A stretch of DNA of 64,000 nt from Lama glama (lineage: Eukaryota): assembly GCA_028534125.1 (NCBI GenBank), contig CM052818.1:44022001-44086000 (forward strand), given 5' to 3'. The notes under the pieces are model-generated. The model ran no database searches and had not been told where the DNA came from. It saw only the letters and a program-made list of their open reading frames with translations. This document shows positions 11,560 to 25,349 of the stretch, piece by piece. The position numbers were made by a program, and so were the translations under genes. Position 1 is the first letter of the stretch; each line of letters begins with the position of its first letter.

Positions 11560-11710
11560 CAAAGAATCAGACTAGGAGGTCAGAACAGGATTTTGAAGGT
11601 CTCACCCAATACACAGCCACCTCCCACGGCCCCCTTGGACAGAGATGCAGCCTCCGCATGAACGTCTCCTGCTATGGGAAATTCACTACGTACTCGGGTA
11701 AACCACCATC
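11560..11710 (-). mobile_element. L3/CR1 (or MIR3) 3' fragment
   Basis: agaatcagactaggaggtcagaacaggattttgaaggtc...gcagcctccgcatgaacgtctcctgctatgggaaattcactac resembles a reverse L3 3' end. Confidence 0.55.
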
Positions 11711-12077
11711 TGAAATTCACTGACTGCTGATTGACACTTACTCTGTGACCTCTGTGTCTCTGAGCTGCCTCAGTCTTCGGGGGACAAGCTCCATACTCAG
11801 CCCCCACCTGTTTCCCTGGCTCCCCAGCCTTGCTCTCAGCCTCTTCCTTCAGTCTTGCAGCAGCCAGAGCATGAGACTGAGGCAGCGCCTAAGAAGCCAC
11901 AGACATGGCCTTTTGTCCCCTGGGCTGCTTATTGGACCAGCCTTTATTAGGAGACATGTCTTATCAGTGCCATAGTCTGGGAGTTTCCTGGAAGTCCCAG
12001 GACAAGCATCCCTTCCAGATGCATGACGCAGGAGCTGGATGGCCTGTGTCCCTCTTTCAATTTAAGTGGCCTCCTCC

Positions 12078-12285
12078 TGTTATGGAATGAATTATATCAC
12101 CCCCAACTCTCATGTTGAAGCCTTAAACCCCAATGTGACTGTATTTGGAAATAGGGCATTTAAGGAAGTAATTCAGGTTAATGAGGTCACAGGAGTGGGG
12201 CCCTGATCTGATTGGACTGGTGTTTTCAGAAGAAGAGGAAGAGACACCAGGAGCATCCACACATTGAGGGAAGGCCATGTGAGCT
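12078..12285 (+). mobile_element. MaLR LTR 5' part (MLT1A-like)
   Basis: tgttatggaatgaatt...gttgaagccttaaaccccaatgtgactgtatttggaaatagggc...gaagaggaagagacaccag...ggaaggccatgtgag. Confidence 0.85.
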
Positions 12286-14189
12286 AGACCTGGAAGGGTA
12301 AGTAAGAGTCCGGGGATGGAGGAGAGAGAGAAAAGTGTCCCAGTGGGAGGTGGTGTGTGAGGCCGTGGGGAGACGTGTGGGGAAGGGCGACGTGTCTGGG
12401 GAAGGGCCAGTGGGCTTGTGTGGTTACACCCTATGGTTCTGGCTTAGGAGGGGAAGAGCTGTGGTCAGTGGCATCACACAGGATGTGATTACTGCAGATT
12501 TACTGGCACAATTAGCAAGCTGTCCTCCGGATGGGTAAGGAGCAGTTCCTGGCTCCTTTGAGCCCATGTGTCCTCTGAGATACTCTTTCTAGGTGACAGA
12601 TGAACGGCATAATGTTTTCTCACCAGCAACCTACCTGGAGTAAGGGAGGGAGTCCTGGGTAAAACCCAGTCCCTCCCCATTCCCACTCCTAAGGGTACGT
12701 TTGTTGAAATGGCACCAAAAATAAAGAACTTAAACTCTGCCTTCCATTGATACACTCTCACTGACAATTCCACCAGCAACTGAAGACTTTTCAAGATCAC
12801 TCATCTGGTAAATGACAGAACATGGATTTAGCCTCAGATCTTTATGGTCCCAGAGGTGTTCCTCAGCCATCACGTTCCTTTCCTTGATGTTGAATTTCTA
12901 TGGAGAAATAAAAACAATTCAGTGTACTATGATGATTTATTTTTCCAACCTTAGGAGAATGTTTGCCTAAATTACCTATGGAATTGGAATAACAACTGCC
13001 TACATCACCTATGGAGTAAACACTTCTGCTTTGGACTTGACTCCGTCCTTCCTGAGCAAGTGAAGTGAATTCCTTTAAAGGGAAAATGCATGTTTACATC
13101 TTGAAAAACAATGCACATAAGGTGATTAGGCCAGTACCTTATAGATAGTAATCACTCAGTAAATGCTGGCTATTATGAATAGGAATAAATGACAATATTT
13201 TCCTAATTGTGTGGGTAATAGTAGATAAATAGGAATTTAACACAAAGCAATGTTCTTAATGCGCTGATACCACTTGTTCGTCTCTTCATTCAGCCAACAC
13301 TCCTTGGGCAGCAATATTCTCTAGACCTTTTGGATCAGAGTTCACATCTTTCATGAGTTTGCATCTTTGCAGTCCAAAAGGAGCTGTGACTCAATTAGCC
13401 TTTGTCAGCAAAACAATACGGCAAATGGTATGATCTTCGATAGCGTCTTCGTGTGACAATGACTTTGTAATATTTTCTATAAAGAGAAGAGGAAGATAAT
13501 GCAGTCTTTCCTCTCACAGAGTTGATTGATTATCTTAGTTATTAATAGACCAGAAAAACTTCTTTCAGCAGCATAACTCTTCATCAACCATACTGTGAAA
13601 ATGTATATTATTGTCAAATTTGGAAAAGCCACCATCACATTTCTTTTACTGAAAGGCTATACAATTTGGGGCCATTTCAAGTTTTCTTACGCAATAACTA
13701 TTCTTAAAAACTTTGATTAGACAACATTCATTAGGCAGCTTGTCACAGTGTCTTTGTTACAATGGCATATTATGGGCTAGTTATCTTTGTTAATGTCAGT
13801 ATTTTCAGTCAAATCAGCAAGAACTTAAAGAGTCATTTTAATAATTCCATTTCTTCTGATTTTCTTCTAAAAATGTGTGATATTTTAATTGTACATGCTG
13901 CATTGTCAAGTGTATTCTTGGAAGGATTGAACTCCTGTTTCAAATTATCTGCTAATAATTTTGTATATTTGATGATTGGGAGGATTTTCCACAGATTCGC
14001 CTCTGGCTGCATGCATTTTGAGACCCGTTTCTCCTCCACTCCTCCCCACACATTTCCGGGGTTGTGGGGAAAGTCTACACTGGGAGTTAACCTCTGGCCC
14101 TGCACCTCTGGGTCACAGCACTGGGTGGCAGGAATATTTCTAGGCTCCATTCCTACACAGAAATGGTTAGCAATAACTCAGTTGCTCTA

Positions 14190-14500
14190 GGGGTGACTGT
14201 GAGACATAAATTCATTTCAATAAACCCAAACTAACCCCCACTCAAGTTCTTCCGAGTTAGACCCTAAAAATTCCCACGGCCACTGTAACATTACCCAAAG
14301 TTTGACGGAGAAAATGAAATAGACAGAGACAGCAGTCTTGATTGATGGTGGTTAAAGAATCTTAACTTTTGCAAATTTTATAAAACCATATAACTATCTC
14401 AAAAAGCTGCCAGAGCCTTCTAAGGGCCTTTGGAGGGGCCATGCCCACAAGGATGCTGAAATTTAAGTTCCATTAAATTCATGGAAAACACATGACTGGC
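14190..14500 (-). mobile_element. hAT-Tip100 DNA transposon end (Zaphod/MER115-like); may extend left to ~13600
   Basis: agagacagcagtcttgattgatggtggttaaagaatcttaacttttgcaaattttataaaa...ggccttt ggaggggcc...atttaagttccattaaattcatggaaaa resembles the reverse terminal region of this family. Confidence 0.55.
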
Positions 14501-15231
14501 TCCAGGTCTGGATACTTTACAGAGTAAACGACATTTCATTTATAGGTTTGTATCATTCTGAAAAGCAAAGAATAGGATTACCAGAATATATGCTAGGCCC
14601 CAGACCATGCCCCAGGACCAAGACCTTTTTATGAAAATAGACACATCTTACGATCATGATTCTTATCAGAGCCAGGACATAAAAGTCATCTCTCTTTCCA
14701 TGTACTTTTTGGTACCCAAACTATTGACTTATAGCTGTGGTCATTTAAATGGTTCCGGGTAAAGAATTACAGCTTTGTACCCTAAATCAGTCTGCCAGGA
14801 TGCAACTAAACCCTCTCCTGCAGTTCCTCAATAGTGTAATCTAATCAAAAGCAAAGACTTCAAGAAATCATGCCCCCGAAGTGTCCCAAGCTGACTGCAA
14901 AATAATCAGATGTCAGGAGGAAAGAGTGAGTCGGGTTCTGACTACACACGGGTCTGAATGGCTGGAAAGAGGGATGTGCAGAGTTTCAGCCGAATGCTCC
15001 AAGGAACTGTTCCCTTGAGGGTGGTGCTCGCCTGGTTTCCTTGGAGATCCATCCTCCACACTCCTACAACCAGGGTGGTTTTCAAGAAAATAAAATATGA
15101 CCATTTCACTCCTCTCCCTTAAAAGTAGCATTAGTTCCAATGAATCTTAGAATAAAGTTGGAATCTAGGGTCTTCATTATCTGGCCTTTGCCTGACAACA
15201 GTATAATCTCACATTGCAGTCACCATCGCCT

Positions 15232-15322
15232 CTATACCAGGGGTTTCCGGGGAAACAGACCCAGGAGACTATCTACATCTCTATCACATATCTTGTATCT
15301 ATCTATCTATCCATCTATCTAG
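15232..15322 (-). mobile_element. MLT2 LTR fragment with (TCTA)n tract
   Basis: ccaggggtttccggggaaacagaccca followed by tatctatctatc, typical of the MLT2 reverse start. Confidence 0.5.
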
Positions 15323-15449
15323 ATTTAAATTAATCATCACGATTCGCTTCCTAGTTTGGTCCATAACACCTGTTTCTATTTTTGCCCATATCACATTGCT
15401 CTGTGCTTTGAGCCTCATTAGGGAATCTGCAAACTTCTTTAAGGTTCTA

Positions 15450-15900
15450 CTAGTCAGTGCCCAGTAACAAACCACTTCAGGTGTTCCGAGCAGAGAGAAT
15501 TTAATACAGGGAAGGTGTTATAAGGGCGGGAAGAACAGAAGAGAAAATAAAAGGTGAAGGAGCAAAAGGGTGAATGGTATTATCCAGGGCTCAAAGTACG
15601 TTGGCATCCTTGAGCAGCGGTCCATAGGACTATACCCGCCTGGGGCTTTTGGAGACACGATCACAGCCGATCCTGACCCCGCCTAAGGGGCGTGGCTTGG
15701 GCCAGGGCTGCAGCTACAAACAGCCGTAACTTCTGATCAGGCCCCTGGAGTCTGCAGTCCGCTTACGTTCACGGCCAGCTACGTCCATCAACTTCCACCC
15801 TGTCAGAGGCACAGACCTCCAGCTTCTCTCCCCGTCCTGGGATCCGCAACCAGCCCCTGCTATCAGCAAGCGAGTACGGAAAAGTAGTTTACAAGCTCCG
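15450..15900 (-). mobile_element. Ancient ERVL-type LTR (LTR33/LTR41-like)
   Basis: aaaccacttcaggtgttccgagcagagagaatttaatacagggaa (attaaa polyA signal on the minus strand) resembles the reverse 3' end of this LTR group. Confidence 0.45.
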
Positions 15901-16639
15901 AGCTTTAGCATACAGGCAAGTGTCTCTGCTACTTTGGAGGGTCTCTGGGAGCTTCTGATCTGGAAGATTTCACTGTTGTCTTCACTTGTCTCTTCTCAGC
16001 CTCTTTGTCAAAGCAGCAGTGAAAGTTTAAATAAGTTAATCTGTTGCCAAGCAACTCACTTTTGTGCCCGCACACTTATTGCCAGAGGTGGCTTTTTTCT
16101 ATTTCTTCCCTGACAAGGCACTGGCAGGTTTTAAGAAATTATACATACACCTACGATACTCAGAGTGTTTCTTTTCTCTTTTCTAAAACAGTGCTGATTT
16201 TTATTGCTTTAGATAGAGACCTCTATGAAGCTGAAGAGTGAAGTGTATCTCTTCTCAAAATTGCGTGCACTTTCAAGAGACGTTGGTCGCACCACATACA
16301 TTTGTAGGCTATTCACTTCCTTGTTTTGAAAATGAAGTAGATTTACTGTCTTAGACAAATCCATGGCCTTTCCATCTTATCTTCTTTTCTTGATGTTTTT
16401 CTGTTGAGCATTAATCATATTCCAGATTTGCCTTTGCTTCTTGAGGAAAAAGAATGTTCAAAACTAGATGATGAATCAGAGATTTTGGACACCACAATTC
16501 AGCTGTTATTTGGCCTTTCAATTTTAAAAGTTTCAGTTTATTCTTAACTGGGAAAAATTCATACACATACACATACAAATTAATGTGCATTTTTTTCACA
16601 TCTACCTTCCACCTTGTATTAGTGGAAGGGGAGGGGTGG

Positions 16640-16830
16640 ACATTTGTTAAGTACCCTGTTGCTGACAGGCGCTGTTCCTAGTTTCAGCCCTGTGTGGGTA
16701 GATGTTTTCCCCTTAGGTCTTCTTCTGCCCATTTTACAGATGAAGAAGGGAGGAGCAGTTAAGTAACCTGCCCAAGTCACACCAGTCATTGTCAGAGAAG
16801 GAATCCAGCCCAGGCATGTTGGTGTCATGG
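16640..16830 (-). mobile_element. MIR SINE
   Basis: cccattttacagatgaagaa...gttaagtaacctgcccaagtcacacc...ggaatccagcccagg. Confidence 0.8.
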
Positions 16831-17879
16831 TCTCACATCACAGGGGTAAGCCTGGTGCTGGCTTCAGTGTCCACAGACTCAGCTAAAAGTGGCTGTATCT
16901 TTAACTCTAGCCTGTCTCTTATTCGTATTCTTTGCTTTGCTGCCACAGCCTCACGTTTTGAGAGCAATAGTTAAAATAGGAATATTTTCTTCTGTTTTTT
17001 TTTACTTAATGGGCGGACCAAGACTTAGGAGACAGGCAAAGCAAGACCATCTTTTGGTCAAGGTAGCTGTCCCACTCTTGGCTCAAAAGGGAAGTGGCTG
17101 CACTTGGTCGGAGTGACATCGGATGCTGCGTTCCCTCCCTCTGATTGACAATACACCCCAAAGCTGATTACACTCTGTAACAGCAAAAACAATCTGCAGA
17201 TGACAAGCACCTAGAGCAGGAGGAACAGTCGCAGTCTCTCTGCCTGAGAAGCCGTTCACTGGCCATGTGGAACCACTTTAGGTTGCTCAATCACTGGAGC
17301 TCGGAAATAGTTTAAAATTCCGAGCCATGTGTTACCACATACTAAATACGGGTTCAGCAAACCATCCGCAGCGGCATTCTCATGGAATCACGGTCTAAGG
17401 GTTGTCAGAGGCTCTGAATCTGCAAACCAGAAAGAGCAACACTTCATCAGGGCTTTGGGAAGGTCCCCAGGGAAGGGGAGGCATTCCTGCTCTTCTTTCT
17501 TCCCTTCTCTGTAAGCGCCCCAAACACTTACTTCAGACACCTGGGTAATCGATTGTTATCGGTGAGTTTCTCCTACACTGAGCTTCGTAAGAATCACATT
17601 AAATTCTCTGGCTGGAAGAGCTTGAGAAGAGGTGGAGGATGAAAGCAAGTCAGAACTGTGGGGGCAGGCTGTCCTGGGGGTGGCCCCCACTCAGACTGAG
17701 AAGGCTGACTGCCTGCTGGACCAGGGAAGCCGACATTCACACCGGAGAATAGGGTTCCCTTATGTCAATGTGTTTATTTAAGGCTGCGCCAGTCCTAACA
17801 CAGATGCTTTAAAAAACTGTATCCCTCTGCACGAGCAGATCCTTCTTCCTAAAACAATGTCCCCACATGTATCCGTTCA

Positions 17880-18135
17880 GCTGATTTTTTCTCACCCTTG
17901 ATATTCAGCTCAAATGTCACCTCAGAAAACCTCATTCATTCCACATCGCATGTCCCTCTCCTGTGTACACGTTAAGCACACACCTCATGCACACCTTTGT
18001 CAGGCGGAGCTGTAATTTCCCTACTAGACTGTCAACTCCACGGGGCAATGACTGTCTTAGTGATTTCTGAAACCCCAGGAGCCAGCATTGTACCTGGAAA
18101 AGAGTATTCACCCTGGAATTATTAACTGAATAAGT
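17880..18135 (+). mobile_element. L2 LINE 3' end
   Basis: cagctcaaatgtcacctc...ctactagactgtcaactcca...agcattgtacctgg...ttaactgaataa. Confidence 0.75.
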
Positions 18136-20139
18136 TTGTGGATGATAGTCACAACTGAAACGTTATTACCTACATGAATATTTCTGGTGTATAGTGTAAA
18201 TCCATAATAGTTTTGTCCAACTTATTCAGATTTTTCAGTATCACAGTATCTAAGGGTTTCCAAATCCTCGTGAAATTAAGGATCAGAAGAATGGACTGCA
18301 TTTGAAACTGTGGATCAAATTGTCACATCTTCACCCGCCTCATAGGATTAAGATTTGAATAAATTTCTTCTCAAGCTTGGATACTATGTGTCTGGGATTT
18401 TTAAATTATTTTGAAATGTAGCTTATATAGAAGAGTATACATAATGTTTACATATGACTTAAAGGATAACACTCGTATAAAAGAATAAAAATAAAATAAA
18501 CACTCGTGAACCTCCTACCTAGCTTAAGAAATAATGAACTATGGCCTTTACCAATCTGGAAATGAAATGTGAGCACATGGCTATGTCTGTGCGATAAGCA
18601 CAGTTTATGAAAAGCTTAGTGTGTTTGGTGAACATGTTTAACGTTGGCAAAATATAGAATCATTTAAGACTAAGACCTAGAGCCAATTCAATGCTCTTGT
18701 AATGTCTGTGATACTTGCTGTATTTCATGCTTTTCTCCTTGCTTTCCCGGTGTTGGATTCCTCTCAGCTGTGTGTGTGTGCATGTATACACACGCATGCA
18801 TGTATGCGTTTGGACATGCGCATGTTGTAATCACCAGTCCAGCGTTTTCCCTGCACTGTATACCTGCGTGTGTTTAACTCTCTAACAGACATCTGTATTT
18901 GTATGTGCCCTAGGTCCTCAAATACAATGTAAGTAAAACTGTATTCCTTACATTCTCTCAGTTCCTCCCGTCACCTAATCCTTCTCTCTTTCCTAGTCTG
19001 GTCACTAGCTCTCTCACACTATACACTTGGCATTGCAACGAATGTTCCCCTCCCTTTTGAAAAACACAGTGTATCATGAAATCCTCAAGCAAAGCTTTCC
19101 TATTCGTGGCTCGGGACCATCCCAAGATATCTTGCACAGAATTTCCACGATGTTTTTAAAAGCAGATCTCTGGTCAGTCATTCCTCTGTTTACACAATAA
19201 ACAGACAATAACTCTGAGGCATCTCCATGGCCTGTGATCTGGAGACCAAGGTTCCATGGTGTTACCTCGGGAGCCATCAGGATGGAAGCCCAGCGAGGAA
19301 GGGCATGGTTCCCTAACCTCACCCTCCAGGTCACCCAAGACCCATAGAATATTCACGTGGGTCCAGCTACTGCAGAAAGCAGAGAGGCAGACACGCTTCT
19401 GCGTGGGAAGAACGGGCGATGGCTGGTGAGGACCATGGACTTGAGGAAAACAGATCATGGGGCCAACCCAACCACACTCCAGTGTAGCACGTATTTGTCA
19501 ACATATCGCTCCTTTTTATTCCAGAAAATCTAATCTTAATCGTATACGAAATGTCCAGAACCTTCTCATTCAAATTTAAAGAAGGCCTATTTGCTCTGCA
19601 TGCCTGCGGCAATTTCAAAGTGCCAGAGTGACTCTGCAAAGATGTCAAAGCTCCTTGAGGAGCTTTGTGGGAATAAAGTTTCTATTTATAATTAAATGAC
19701 TGATCCGTGCCTGCCCAACCAACCTGACCATTCCAGGATCACAGGTAGGAACCTGTAAAGGCCCCTGGGCCTTCTAGAGGGTTCTACAGTTTGCTGGGAT
19801 GTTTCCGGTACATCAGCTCCCTATGTGCCTCCAAGAAAAGCAGAGTCCAGAGGATTATCTCTGTTTAGCAGAATTTCCAAGAGAAATGGAGGCTTCCATT
19901 GGGTGAATGTTTTGGCCAGTACGACTTGGCCAGCGTGCAAGACAGTCCAAATGAGAAGCCAGTTCTGCTGCTCTCGACTGGACCCACTCTTTGCCACCCG
20001 GTGTTCACACTAGGATTTTTGGTTCTTTTTTTCTAATGCAATGGATCCTGTTGTCTCCAGCCCTACATTTCACTCCAGACAGAATTGTTTATTAGGAAGT
20101 GTGAGGGGTTTTAAAAGCTGAGTCAAAGTCACACTCTTG

Positions 20140-20310
20140 GGACATATTTGCTACGTGACACTGGATGATTTATTTGGCACCACTGAACTTCAATTTTCTC
20201 ATCTGTGAAAGAGAGACACTACAGTCTGCATCCGGGGCTGTGGTGAGCGGTACGCAGGCCGCCGTGATGGCACGTGCAAGCACCACGTGTGTTAGGCGTG
20301 CAGTTAACTA
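20140..20310 (+). mobile_element. MIR SINE
   Basis: gtgacactggatgatttattt...ctgaacttcaattttctcatctgtgaaa...gtgcaagcacc. Confidence 0.65.
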
Positions 20311-20999
20311 CCGCCGCCATGAGGCCAGCCCCCAGCCACGGCCACAGGGCATCACTGCCCAGCCTGGCCTGGTTTCCTGGCTTCTGCTCTCCCTTTGGGC
20401 CTCAGACAGTAGAACTCAGTGCCTTGAAAGGGGCTTCCAAGTGCTGTCCGCTCTGGGGCTGCCATATGTAGATGGTACACAATTAAACTTAAGCTTTCCT
20501 GGGGGACTCTTTTTTTTTTTTTTACTAGATGTCATTAGAAGTCATGAATGGTGTTATAATTATGCATATAACTGTTTGATTTGACAATTATTCACCGAAC
20601 ATCATAGTTTACGTATATAAGGATTTAAAAAGGCAAAGCAGTCAGGAGGCAAACATGTAAATAATTTCTTAACAGTGTGACAAATACTAAATGTGCAGAC
20701 AAAGGGCTATGAGGACCAGGGGAGGACAGAACAGGTGGCTTGGTCAGCGGGTGAATTTAGGGAAAGCCACAGGGAAGGGACAGCCTCGGACTAGGGCCCT
20801 GGAAGCAGAGAGCGCGTTGCTCGGGCAGAAAAGTGGAAAAGAAAACGTTACAGGCCAAGAGAACAGCACCTAAATTACCAAGCAATGTGTTTTGACTGGT
20901 TCCGGTTCTCACTCCTTAGCACCCATTTCGCCTTGGGTAAATTACTACTATCACTGAGTCTTATCTGTAAATCGATTCTAATAACATCTACCAAAAGGG

Positions 21000-22460
21000 T
21001 CTCGATGTAGATGAAACGATGCTGCGGAATTTCACTCACAGAGCACCGGGCCGGCAGGCGGTAGTCCGTAAGTTTCAGGCTGACTCACGGAACACGAAGA
21101 GCTTGATGAGGCAGCAGAGATGGGCGTTTTAAAGAAGGGCCTGAGGTTCACGTCTCTGGGAAAGGAATAGTGTGGGTGTTTGGCAAAACGCCAAGGCAGG
21201 TGAGAGCCGCCATGGCCAGGTTTTGCTGTTGTGTGTCTGCCCCTCGTTAAGGCCATCAAACTGAATTACGGGGGCTCACGCCGCCCCCCTCCCCAGAGGA
21301 CCGTTCCCTGTCCTTGCCTCTGAGGGCTTTGTCGGGCAGCTCAGCGCCGAGATCCCGGAGTCTGTCGGTGGGGCGGTCTTAACTTTCTCAGCAACACAGC
21401 AGCGGCGGCAGTGCTGCTGTCACTGGCTCTACAGCTGCACAGACGGAAAAGCTCTCCAGCTGAGGACCGTCTACCCTGGGTTAATGTTTTATGCGACTGA
21501 GGTTATATTAATGAAGCCAAATTCCCAGAGGAATGAATTATGCACAACCGTTTCTAAACACAGTCTGTCCAAACTTCCATCCTGGACTCGCCTCCTGCTC
21601 CAACCTGCCTCCATCACGTGTACCCGGTGCAGGACGGTACCCCAACCCCATAGACGATCAACCAGAGACAGCACGTGAAATCAGCACCTCCCCAGGTGCA
21701 CATGGAAGACCAATGAGCAGCCCGCGTTGCCTGTACAGCTATCTTTTTTTAAGTTCTCCTGAGCAGGAAGAGGGCCATGGTGCAAACTTCCCAAATTCAC
21801 GGTATTACGTTACTGTTAATACTGCTGCCTTCACACCACCGCGCGGTGGACTGACCCACGGGTTTGCGGTTCTGTTTTCTAACTCCAAGCTCAGGTTGGG
21901 AGCAGTACGGTGAACCACCTGAAACAACAACATTCGCCTCATCTGGAATGATCTATTTCCCCGGCGAAGATTGCTTGCTGTGTTATTTTTATTTTTAAGG
22001 GGCGTTAACATTTACCGGGCACATTAACGCGGGCCCGTCTCCTTGAATGGGTCCGTTTGTCTCAGCCTGACCCTCTGCCACGCCGCCCGCCCGGCTCTGC
22101 TCCACACTCTGGAAGCTCTGAATATTAACGAGGGCCAAAGACTCAGGCCCTTGGTGACTCCTTCTCCACCACACACTCCATTAAACACAATTTCCGAAGG
22201 CATTTTATGACTTGGAAAGCCTGACAGGGAAGAGTGTAGCACTGCGTTACAACTATGCAGGAAGGTGTGTTTTTAAATGTCACTTATGTGAAGGAATGGG
22301 TGGCCTGATGGGTGTCTGGCCGGTGGTTAATATGAAGCAGCGCAGAAGATTTGAAGAGACGAGTGATGTTCTAAGCGCGGATTCCAGGTCAGCAGCAGCC
22401 GCTCTGCCTAGGAAACAGGTGGGAAACGCAAGCTGCCGGGCCCTACCCACAGCCTGCTGA
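21000..22460. promoter_or_regulatory. CpG-rich, GC-rich non-repeat segment (weak or orphan CpG-island-like)
   Basis: Hand count of about 28 CpG in 21001-21480, GC boxes (cgccgccccc, gggcgg), and continued CpG enrichment to ~22460. Confidence 0.4.
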
Positions 22461-23327
22461 GCCAGAAACTCATTGGAAATGGTGGCATGGAGCCCAGGGC
22501 TGATCTGACAACCACCGGGTGGACCTTGTCTTCCTACCTGTGGAACCATCATAATAAGGGTTAAAGAAACACAAGCACCCTTTAGGGTGTGTGGGATTGG
22601 GGCCAACGTTCTATCCGGGACTCACCCCCCCAACCCCAGCCTACCTCCATCATGTGTACCCAGCTCAGGATGGTACCCCTGGCCCCAGAAATAACCACCC
22701 ACAGACAACATGTGAAATAAACACCTTCCAGCAGGTGCTAGATAGCAAACCAGTGAACTGTTCCTGTCGCCTGATTGCAGCTCAGACAGTCCTGGATTCT
22801 GTGCTCAGTTCTATCATTGACTGTATATTCATCTCAGCCATGTACCTTAGCCTCCCTTCCTCATTTGTAAAAAGATGACAGTACAGTCTGCTCTGTTTAA
22901 CTCCTTAATTATTGATTATAGCATTAATAATAAATAGTACACTTAAAATTTTATTTTCAATGATAGAATAAATGTTGGTAAAGTTCTTTGCAACTTTGAG
23001 GGTGCCTCACATAGTGCCTTACTGCAAAGACTCCAAGTTATCAGTCCCATGGGCTGTGCTCTGGGCTGTCGGAAAGCAGGACAGGTCGTCTGAGCACAGA
23101 GCAGTATTATGTCCTATCAATGATGACAGAAAAGCATTCAAGTGCTTATTAGATGGAAATATGATGGGGTATTTCAGTGGAACTGGAGGAGACTTGAAAG
23201 ATAAGTGAAACAGGCAGAAGGATCAGTATGTACTTCCTGGAGGCAAGAGAGAGCCAGGTGTGGTCACTAAGAGCAGAGGTGACGGTGCCTAGGACAAAAA
23301 GTGTGCATGAATATGTATAAATGCTTC

Positions 23328-23590
23328 TGTGTATATGTGTGTGCTTGTGTGTGTGTGAGAGAGAGATAGAACAGGAGATAGAGGGGTGGAGAGGTGGAAG
23401 AGCAGAAAGAAAGAGACAAAGGAAGACAGAGAGAAAAAGGCTGAAATAGAAACTGAGAAAGAGAGAGACTGAGACTGACAGAGAAAGACAGATATAAGAA
23501 GGAGGAAGTAGAGGAGGAGGGGAGGAGGGGGAGAAGAGGGGAGGGGAAGGAGGGGGAGGGGAGGAGGGCAAGAGGATGGAGAAGAATGAC
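23328..23590. repeat. (TG)n followed by GA/GGA-rich polypurine tract
   Basis: Directly visible low-complexity sequence. Confidence 0.9.
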
Positions 23591-24069
23591 ATAAGGCAGA
23601 AACATCTACATGGCACCTTACAGTTTTCATGGGATTGTCAGTAGCGGCCCCTCTTTGCACCTGCCTGTACGACATTTCTGGTCTATAAAATACTGCATTC
23701 TGCCCAGTCCTCACACCCACCCTGTCGGGTTAACACAGAAGAAAACAGGCTCAGAGGGCAGTTTTCCCCCTCACCGATTCTGGCGTGAGAAAAAGCCGAG
23801 GCAGAAGCCCAAGGAATGGCCCCAGGGCCGAGGACCAGCCCGGGCCACCTGCTGCCCTGGCCCTGCCGTGAGCACTGCCCGTCAGTCCCCATGCACCTGC
23901 GCCAGGTTGGGGCGGGGTGAGCTCTCGCACATGCGCACCAGCGTCCTGGTCCCGCCACTTGCTGTTCTTACTCTGGCGAGAAGTCGAGAAGACTTTGTAT
24001 TTGTGCCCCTCCATCTCCAGCTATTCTTATTGAAACAGTAATAAAACAGTGTGACTACTTAAATAAAAA

Positions 24070-24360
24070 ATCCTCTGTATCCCCATCACCTTCAGTGGAT
24101 AATACTGCTGCACAGCTTCCTTTTACCTCTTTCCCACATCTGTTTTCCACACAGTGGTGATCATAGAAGAGGCATCATTTTGTTCCTCGCTTTTTTCCTC
24201 TGTTACTGCACAATAAACAATTTTACTTGTTGCTATGGTGTTTCCACAGTGTTCATTTTAATAGCTACATAATATTTTATTCAGGGAACAGACCATAAAT
24301 GATTGAATGGTTTCTGTTGTTTTATTAGTTAAGTTCCCATTTTGTGCTAAAATATTCATG
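24070..24360 (-). mobile_element. Ancient L1 (L1ME-like) 3' fragment
   Basis: cattttaatagctacataatattttattc...ccataaatgattgaatgg pattern of an old L1 3' UTR in reverse. Confidence 0.5.
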
Positions 24361-25349
24361 TAAATATATATAGTAATTCATTCCAGTTTTACTGTGCCTT
24401 TTGGCACGTGACTCATATTTATTTCCTCTTATAAGCTCGATAGAAGCTGGAAGGCAAGTCCACCATTTTTAACAGGATGCTCATGGTTATCTTAAGACAT
24501 TCCGCAAACATTCCAAATACTGTGATCTTCTATTTATATCCCTCTAGTCAAACACACCAACACTGGGCTCCCTTTTATGGATTTTTGTGCACTTCAGCTC
24601 TTCTCCACTGGCTCTCCATGCCCAGTCTTCACTAGTTTAGTCTGGGGAGGTCTGACATCCCTCCTTCTTAAAAAAGAAAAAAAAATCTTGCTTCTTGTGA
24701 TCTGTTTCGAATCCAACAATGAGATGAGTTAGATTGCCAGAGTTTTTCCCTTCTCTCCTCCTCACTAGGCTTTTTTTCTCTTCTTGCTCTAATAATTCTC
24801 CAGCTCATCCCTTTCTCTTTAAATTTAGAGCTTGATTTCACCCCCCATATAAGCATCCTCTTCAGCAATGTTCTCTTCTGTTCTCATTATTAATGAGTTC
24901 GGGGACACTTGGGAGCTTCTGGCAGGAAAGAGCACAGCACACCAGCATGGAAGGTAGTTAAGTGCACAGGGTTGGAGGCCTCCTTCCTTACTTTGGCCTC
25001 TATTTAATGAGCCTATTTACAACCCTCAGTTTAACCCTCTTTTTTAAAGACATACATACATGTATTAAGTGCAATACTCTCGCCTCTAGCTTCACTTTTA
25101 CTACCAATAATTTTACCTTTTCAAGGTCTGGACCTAATGTCTTCTTATTGGATTCTTATATATTTTATTAGGTTGCCTCAACTTACTTTTTGAAAGAAAT
25201 GGAAAGATACTTGAATGAATTTCTACACAACTGGATACACTTAGATTTGAAAGTAAAAAAATCACAGGAAGACATTCTCTGAGGTGCCACATCACTTCCA
25301 AAGCCATTTGAGCAGAGGGTCATAGTAATTATTACTCATGGTGCCCAAA

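Noticed and set aside
17510..17800. Possible TG...CA-bounded old LTR
   Set aside because: No family match recalled and no clear TSD.
23149..23720. Pro/Ser/Leu-rich ORFs
   Set aside because: Translations of the polypurine and (TG)n low-complexity tract.
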